A DNA stretch of 64,000 nt from the NCBI RefSeq assembly GCF_009914755.1, contig NC_060948.1; one strand, given 5' to 3'. Position numbers and translations under genes: made by a program. The DNA is from the human T2T-CHM13v2.0 reference genome, Homo sapiens. This document shows positions 56,501 to 64,000 of this stretch, in pieces. Numbering within the stretch: the first letter of the stretch is position 1; every line of letters starts with the position of its first letter. The notes beneath the pieces are model-generated. The model made no database searches. It was not told the DNA's origin and saw nothing but the letters and a program-made list of their open reading frames with translations.

Positions 56501-59500
56501 CGAAATGGATGGAGTGTTATGGAACGGACTCAAAAGGAATTGAATGTAATAGAATGGAGTGGAGTGGACTCGAATATAATGGACTGGAATGGAATGAAAT
56601 CACATGGAATGGGAACGAATGGAATGGAATGGAAAGGAATGGAATCGAATGGAAAGGAATCGAATGGAAGGGAATGAAATTGAATCAACACGAATGGAAG
56701 GGAATAGAATAGACTGTAATGGAATGGACTCGAATAGAATGGACACGAATGCTCAAATTAAATGGACTCGAATGGAATGGAAACGAAAGGAATGTCATCG
56801 AATGGAATTGAATCGATTGGAATGACATCGCATAGAATGGAGTGGAATCAAATGGAATTGAATCGAAAGGAAAGGAAGCGAATGGACTGAAATGAAATGG
56901 AATGGAATTGAATGGAAAGTAATGCAATGGAATAGAATGGAACGAAATTTCACGGAATGGAATCAAACTGAATGGAATCAAATCAATGGAATCAAATCAA
57001 ATGGAATGGAAAGGAATTGAATGGAGTAGATGGGATTGGATGGGATTGGAATGAAATGTACTGGAAAGGACTCGAATTTCATGAAACGGAATGGAATGAA
57101 TTGGAACGGAATGGACTCGAATGGAATGGAATGTCATGGGATGGCATCAAATGGAATGGCATCAAATGGGATGGAATCGAATGCAGTGGAATGCTATGGA
57201 ATGGAATGGAATGCATTGGAATGGAATGTCCTCTAATGGAATGGATTCGAGTGGAATGGAATCGAATATAATGGAGTCGAATGAAATGGAATTGAAAGGA
57301 ATGGGATCGAATACAATGGAATATACTGGAATGTAACGTAATGAACTCGAATGTAATTGACTGGAATGGAATGTACATGAATGGAATGTAATCGAATGGA
57401 AAGTAATCCAATGGAATAGAATCTAATGCAATAAAATCGACTCAGATAGAGTAGAATGTAATGGAATGGAGTGCAGTGCAATGGAATGGAATGGAATGGA
57501 ATGCAATGGAATGGAATGGAATGGAATGGAATGCAATGGAATGGAATGGAATGGAATGGAATGGAATGGAATGGAATGGAATGGGATGGAATGGTATGGA
57601 ATGGATAGTAAAGGACTGGATTGAAATGGACTGGAAAGGAATGGACTCAAATTGAAAGGGCTCGAAAGGAATGGAGTCAAATGGAATGGTCTGGAATGGA
57701 ATGAACACGAATGTAATGCAACCCAATAGAATGGAATCGAATGGCATGGAATATAAAGAAATGGAATCGAAGAGAATGGAAACAAATGGAGTGGAATTGA
57801 ATGGAATGGAATTGAATGGAATGGGAACGAATGGAGTGAAATTGTATGCAGTAGAAGAGAATAGAATGGAATGCAAGCGAAAGGAAAGGAATGGATTGGA
57901 ATGGAATGGAATTCATTGGAATGGAAGGGAATGTAGTGTAATGGACAGGCCTGGAATAAAGTGGAATGCTACGGTCTCGAATGGAATAAAAATGTATGGA
58001 ATGGAATGCAATGAAACGGAATCGAATGTCATAGAATGTAATGGAATGCAAAAAAATGGAATCCAAAATCATTGACTGGAAAGGCTGGGTGTCGAAAGGA
58101 ATTGACTCCAATGGAATGGAATCGAATGGAATGGAAGTGAATAGAATCGAACTAAATCGAATGGAATGGAATTGATAGGAACGGAATGGAAAGGAATGCA
58201 ATGATTTGGCATGGAATGGAATCGAATGGCATCGAATGGAATGGAATGGAATGCAATGGAATGGAATGTATTAGAATGTAATGAACTTTAATGGAATGTA
58301 CTCGAATGGATTCGACTGGAATGGAATGTTCTGGAAGTGAATGGACTCCAATGGAATGGATTCAAAAGGAATGGAATCGTACGGAATGGAATCTAATGGA
58401 ATGGAATTAAATGGAAATGAATCAAATTGAATAGCACGGAATTGAATTGAATGGAATGGAATGCAATGGAATCTAATGAAACGGAAAGGAAAGGAATGGA
58501 ATGGAATGGAATGGGCTGGAATGGAAAGGAATCGAAACGAATGGAATGGAATCGAACTGAAGAGACTGGAATGGAATGCACTGGAATGGAAGGGAGTGTA
58601 ATGGAAGGTTCTCGAAAAAAATGGAATCGAATGGAATGGAATTGAATGGAACGGAATAGAGTCGAATGGAATTGAATGGAATGGAATGGACTAGAGTGAA
58701 ATGGAATCGAACCACAAGGAATGGACAGGAATAGAATGGTCTCGAATTGAATGGAATCGTATGGAATGGCATCAAACGGAATGGAATGGACAGCCACGGA
58801 ATGGAATGCACTCGAATGCAATGGAGTCGAAACAAATGGACTGGAATAGAATGGACTCGACTGGTACGGACTCCAATGGAATGGAATCGAATGGAAGGGA
58901 ATCGAACGGAAGGGAATCGAACGGAATGGACTCGAAGGGAAAAGACTGCAATGGAAAGGTCTCGAATGGAATGGAAATTAATGGAATGGAATGGAATCGA
59001 ATGAAATGGAGTCAAAAGGAATGGAATCGAATGGCAAGAAATCGAATGTAATGGAATCGCCAGGAATTGATGTGAACGGAACGGAATGGAATGGAATCCA
59101 AAGGAATGGAATAGAATGGAATGGAATCGAATGGAAAGGACTCGAATGGAAATCACTCGAAAAGAATGCAATTTAATAAAATAGGATCAAATGTAATGGA
59201 ATGGAATGGAAAGGAATCGAAACGAAAGGAATGGAGACAGATGGAATGGAATGGAACAGAGAGCAATGGTATAGAATGGAATGGAATCATCTGGAATGGA
59301 ATTGAATGGAATGGAATAATATGAAATGGAATGGAATGGAATGGAATGGAATGCCCTTGAATTAAATGGACTGGAATGGAATGGACTCAAACAGAGTGGA
59401 ATGGAAAGTGTGGAGATAGAATGGAATGAACTCCTTTGGAATGGTGTAGTATGCAATGCAATCGACTGGCAGGGAATCAAAAGGAATGTAATCGAATGGA

Positions 59501-62500
59501 TTGGACTGGAATGCAATGGACTCGAATAGATTGGAAACGGAATGCAAAGGAATGGAATGGAATAGTATGGAATGCAATGGAAGGGAATGGAGTGGAATAG
59601 ACTAGAGTGGAATGGAATGGACTGGAAAGCAATGGACTGAAATGGAACTTTCTTGGATGGACTGGAATCAAACGGAATGGAATGCAATGCAATCAAATGG
59701 CATGGAATAAAATAGAATGAAAGAGAATCAAATGGAATTGAATCGAATGGAATCGAATGGATTGGAAATGAATAGAATGGAATGGAATGGAATTGACTCA
59801 AATGGAATGGACTAGAATGGAATGGATTCGAATGGAAGGCAAAGGAATGGAATCTATTGGAATGGACTGTAATGGAATGGAATGGAAGGGATTGGAATGG
59901 ACTCGAATGGAATGGACTGCAATAGAAAGGATTCGAATGGAATGAAAAAGAATTGAATGGAATAGAACAGAATGGAATCAAATCGAATGAAATGGAATGG
60001 AATAGAAAGGAATGGAATGAAATGGAATGGAAAGGATTCGAATGGAATGCAATCGAATGGAATGGAATCGAACGGAATGGAATAAAATGGAAGAAAACTG
60101 GCAAGAAATGGAATCGAAATGGATGGAGTGTTATGGAACGGACTCAAAAGGAATTGAATGTAATAGAATGGAGTGGAGTGGACTCGAATATAATGGACTG
60201 GAATGGAATGAAATCACATGGAATGGGAACGAATGGAATGGAATGGAAAGGAATGGAATCGAATGGAAAGGAATCGAATGGAAGGGAATGAAATTGAATC
60301 AACACGAATGGAAGGGAATAGAATAGACTGTAATGGAATGGACTCGAATAGAATGGACACGAATGCTCAAATTAAATGGACTCGAATGGAATGGAAACGA
60401 AAGGAATGTCATCGAATGGAATTGAATCGATTGGAATGACATCGCATAGAATGGAGTGGAATCAAATGGAATTGAATCGAAAGGAAAGGAAGCGAATGGA
60501 CTGAAATGAAATGGAATGGAATTGAATGGAAAGTAATGCAATGGAATAGAATGGAACGAAATTTCACGGAATGGAATCAAACTGAATGGAATCAAATCAA
60601 TGGAATCAAATCAAATGGAATGGAAAGGAATTGAATGGAGTAGATGGGATTGGATGGGATTGGAATGAAATGTACTGGAAAGGACTCGAATTTCATGAAA
60701 CGGAATGGAATGAATTGGAACGGAATGGACTCGAATGGAATGGAATGTCATGGGATGGCATCAAATGGAATGGCATCAAATGGGATGGAATCGAATGCAG
60801 TGGAATGCTATGGAATGGAATGGAATGCATTGGAATGGAATGTCCTCTAATGGAATGGATTCGAGTGGAATGGAATCGAATATAATGGAGTCGAATGAAA
60901 TGGAATTGAAAGGAATGGGATCGAATACAATGGAATATACTGGAATGTAACGTAATGAACTCGAATGTAATTGACTGGAATGGAATGTACATGAATGGAA
61001 TGTAATCGAATGGAAAGTAATCCAATGGAATAGAATCTAATGCAATAAAATCGACTCAGATAGAGTAGAATGTAATGGAATGGAGTGCAGTGCAATGGAA
61101 TGGAATGGAATGGAATGCAATGGAATGGAATGGAATGGAATGGAATGCAATGGAATGGAATGGAATGGAATGGAATGGAATGGAATGGAATGGAATGGGA
61201 TGGAATGGTATGGAATGGATAGTAAAGGACTGGATTGAAATGGACTGGAAAGGAATGGACTCAAATTGAAAGGGCTCGAAAGGAATGGAGTCAAATGGAA
61301 TGGTCTGGAATGGAATGAACACGAATGTAATGCAACCCAATAGAATGGAATCGAATGGCATGGAATATAAAGAAATGGAATCGAAGAGAATGGAAACAAA
61401 TGGAGTGGAATTGAATGGAATGGAATTGAATGGAATGGGAACGAATGGAGTGAAATTGTATGCAGTAGAAGAGAATAGAATGGAATGCAAGCGAAAGGAA
61501 AGGAATGGATTGGAATGGAATGGAATTCATTGGAATGGAAGGGAATGTAGTGTAATGGACAGGCCTGGAATAAAGTGGAATGCTACGGTCTCGAATGGAA
61601 TAAAAATGTATGGAATGGAATGCAATGAAACGGAATCGAATGTCATAGAATGTAATGGAATGCAAAAAAATGGAATCCAAAATCATTGACTGGAAAGGCT
61701 GGGTGTCGAAAGGAATTGACTCCAATGGAATGGAATCGAATGGAATGGAAGTGAATAGAATCGAACTAAATCGAATGGAATGGAATTGATAGGAACGGAA
61801 TGGAAAGGAATGCAATGATTTGGCATGGAATGGAATCGAATGGCATCGAATGGAATGGAATGGAATGCAATGGAATGGAATGTATTAGAATGTAATGAAC
61901 TTTAATGGAATGTACTCGAATGGATTCGACTGGAATGGAATGTTCTGGAAGTGAATGGACTCCAATGGAATGGATTCAAAAGGAATGGAATCGTACGGAA
62001 TGGAATCTAATGGAATGGAATTAAATGGAAATGAATCAAATTGAATAGCACGGAATTGAATTGAATGGAATGGAATGCAATGGAATCTAATGAAACGGAA
62101 AGGAAAGGAATGGAATGGAATGGAATGGGCTGGAATGGAAAGGAATCGAAACGAATGGAATGGAATCGAACTGAAGAGACTGGAATGGAATGCACTGGAA
62201 TGGAAGGGAGTGTAATGGAAGGTTCTCGAAAAAAATGGAATCGAATGGAATGGAATTGAATGGAACGGAATAGAGTCGAATGGAATTGAATGGAATGGAA
62301 TGGACTAGAGTGAAATGGAATCGAACCACAAGGAATGGACAGGAATAGAATGGTCTCGAATTGAATGGAATCGTATGGAATGGCATCAAACGGAATGGAA
62401 TGGACAGCCACGGAATGGAATGCACTCGAATGCAATGGAGTCGAAACAAATGGACTGGAATAGAATGGACTCGACTGGTACGGACTCCAATGGAATGGAA

Positions 62501-64000
62501 TCGAATGGAAGGGAATCGAACGGAAGGGAATCGAACGGAATGGACTCGAAGGGAAAAGACTGCAATGGAAAGGTCTCGAATGGAATGGAAATTAATGGAA
62601 TGGAATGGAATCGAATGAAATGGAGTCAAAAGGAATGGAATCGAATGGCAAGAAATCGAATGTAATGGAATCGCCAGGAATTGATGTGAACGGAACGGAA
62701 TGGAATGGAATCCAAAGGAATGGAATAGAATGGAATGGAATCGAATGGAAAGGACTCGAATGGAAATCACTCGAAAAGAATGCAATTTAATAAAATAGGA
62801 TCAAATGTAATGGAATGGAATGGAAAGGAATCGAAACGAAAGGAATGGAGACAGATGGAATGGAATGGAACAGAGAGCAATGGTATAGAATGGAATGGAA
62901 TCATCTGGAATGGAATTGAATGGAATGGAATAATATGAAATGGAATGGAATGGAATGGAATGGAATGCCCTTGAATTAAATGGACTGGAATGGAATGGAC
63001 TCAAACAGAGTGGAATGGAAAGTGTGGAGATAGAATGGAATGAACTCCTTTGGAATGGTGTAGTATGCAATGCAATCGACTGGCAGGGAATCAAAAGGAA
63101 TGTAATCGAATGGATTGGACTGGAATGCAATGGACTCGAATAGATTGGAAACGGAATGCAAAGGAATGGAATGGAATAGTATGGAATGCAATGGAAGGGA
63201 ATGGAGTGGAATAGACTAGAGTGGAATGGAATGGACTGGAAAGCAATGGACTGAAATGGAACTTTCTTGGATGGACTGGAATCAAACGGAATGGAATGCA
63301 ATGCAATCAAATGGCATGGAATAAAATAGAATGAAAGAGAATCAAATGGAATTGAATCGAATGGAATCGAATGGATTGGAAATGAATAGAATGGAATGGA
63401 ATGGAATTGACTCAAATGGAATGGACTAGAATGGAATGGATTCGAATGGAAGGCAAAGGAATGGAATCTATTGGAATGGACTGTAATGGAATGGAATGGA
63501 AGGGATTGGAATGGACTCGAATGGAATGGACTGCAATAGAAAGGATTCGAATGGAATGAAAAAGAATTGAATGGAATAGAACAGAATGGAATCAAATCGA
63601 ATGAAATGGAATGGAATAGAAAGGAATGGAATGAAATGGAATGGAAAGGATTCGAATGGAATGCAATCGAATGGAATGGAATCGAACGGAATGGAATAAA
63701 ATGGAAGAAAACTGGCAAGAAATGGAATCGAAATGGATGGAGTGTTATGGAACGGACTCAAAAGGAATTGAATGTAATAGAATGGAGTGGAGTGGACTCG
63801 AATATAATGGACTGGAATGGAATGAAATCACATGGAATGGGAACGAATGGAATGGAATGGAAAGGAATGGAATCGAATGGAAAGGAATCGAATGGAAGGG
63901 AATGAAATTGAATCAACACGAATGGAAGGGAATAGAATAGACTGTAATGGAATGGACTCGAATAGAATGGACACGAATGCTCAAATTAAATGGACTCGAA
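53571..64000 (+). repeat. DYZ1 units 16, 17 (3614 bp each; starts 53571, 57185) and partial unit 18 (from 60799), long-variant family
   Basis: Exact 3614-bp spacing; +55 bp tract; identical ORF translations between copies; about 12 shared diagnostic substitutions. Confidence 0.92.

Larger units (their letters stand above)
1..64000 (+). repeat. DYZ1: Human Satellite 3 array, DYZ1 (HSat3A6) Yq12 heterochromatin; GGAAT strand on +, ~18 tandem ~3.56-kb units, continues beyond both window edges
   Basis: Continuous GGAAT/CGAAT/GCAAT/GGACT pentamers. The same ORF set recurs at 49, 3603, 7162, 10721, 14280, 17839 ... 60847 (period 3554-3614 bp). One GGCC and one GAATTC per unit. The reverse complement upstream of the HaeIII site (CCTGTCCATTACACTACATTCCCTTCCATTCCAATGAATTCC) matches the start of the 3,564-bp DYZ1 unit as I recall it; not database-checked. 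Confidence 0.96.

Noticed and set aside
1-64000. Hundreds of ORFs up to ~308 aa on both strands (MEWNG... / FHSIP...)
   Set aside because: They are direct translations of (GGAAT)n and (ATTCC)n, which lack stop codons. They overlap in several frames, have no recognisable domains, and 5-bp indels shift their frames freely between units.
1-64000. CRISPR-like or other repeat-spacer array
   Set aside because: No constant repeat separated by unique spacers and no cas-like genes. The sequence is continuous degenerate pentamer, repeated wholesale every ~3.56 kb.
1-64000. DYZ2 (HSat1B), Alu/L1 insertions or an inversion breakpoint
   Set aside because: No AT-rich or Alu-like segment and no switch to a CATTC-rich + strand. 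Unit spacing leaves no room for insertions.
1-64000. HSat2, or chromosome 9/acrocentric HSat3 identity
   Set aside because: The HSat2 CATTCGATTC/GATGAT-type repeat is not the dominant pattern. The ~3.56-kb period with single HaeIII and EcoRI sites fits DYZ1.

Overview
The whole 64-kb window is one uninterrupted, single-orientation human Satellite 3 array of diverged (GGAAT)n pentamers. It is organised as about 18 head-to-tail copies (17 complete, 1 partial) of a ~3.56-kb unit. The unit length, the single HaeIII and EcoRI site per unit, and the unit sequence identify it as the Y-specific DYZ1 repeat (HSat3A6) of Yq12 heterochromatin. There are no credible genes: every ORF in the track is a translation of the pentamer (MEWNG/FHSIP runs). 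I saw no RNA gene, transposon, CRISPR array or inversion, and no new gene-based system. What the sequence does show is array evolution, read from unit-specific variants. Units 1-5 form a homogeneous family. Units 6-13 contain an emerging 3-unit higher-order repeat (Z'-X-Y-Z-Z-X-Y-Z). Unit 14 is divergent, and units 16-18 are a recent, apparently identical 3,614-bp amplification. A single hypervariable GGAAT tract accounts for nearly all length variation, and several recombination or conversion tracts can be mapped. All variant calls were made by eye from the sequence and the ORF track, not by computed alignment.
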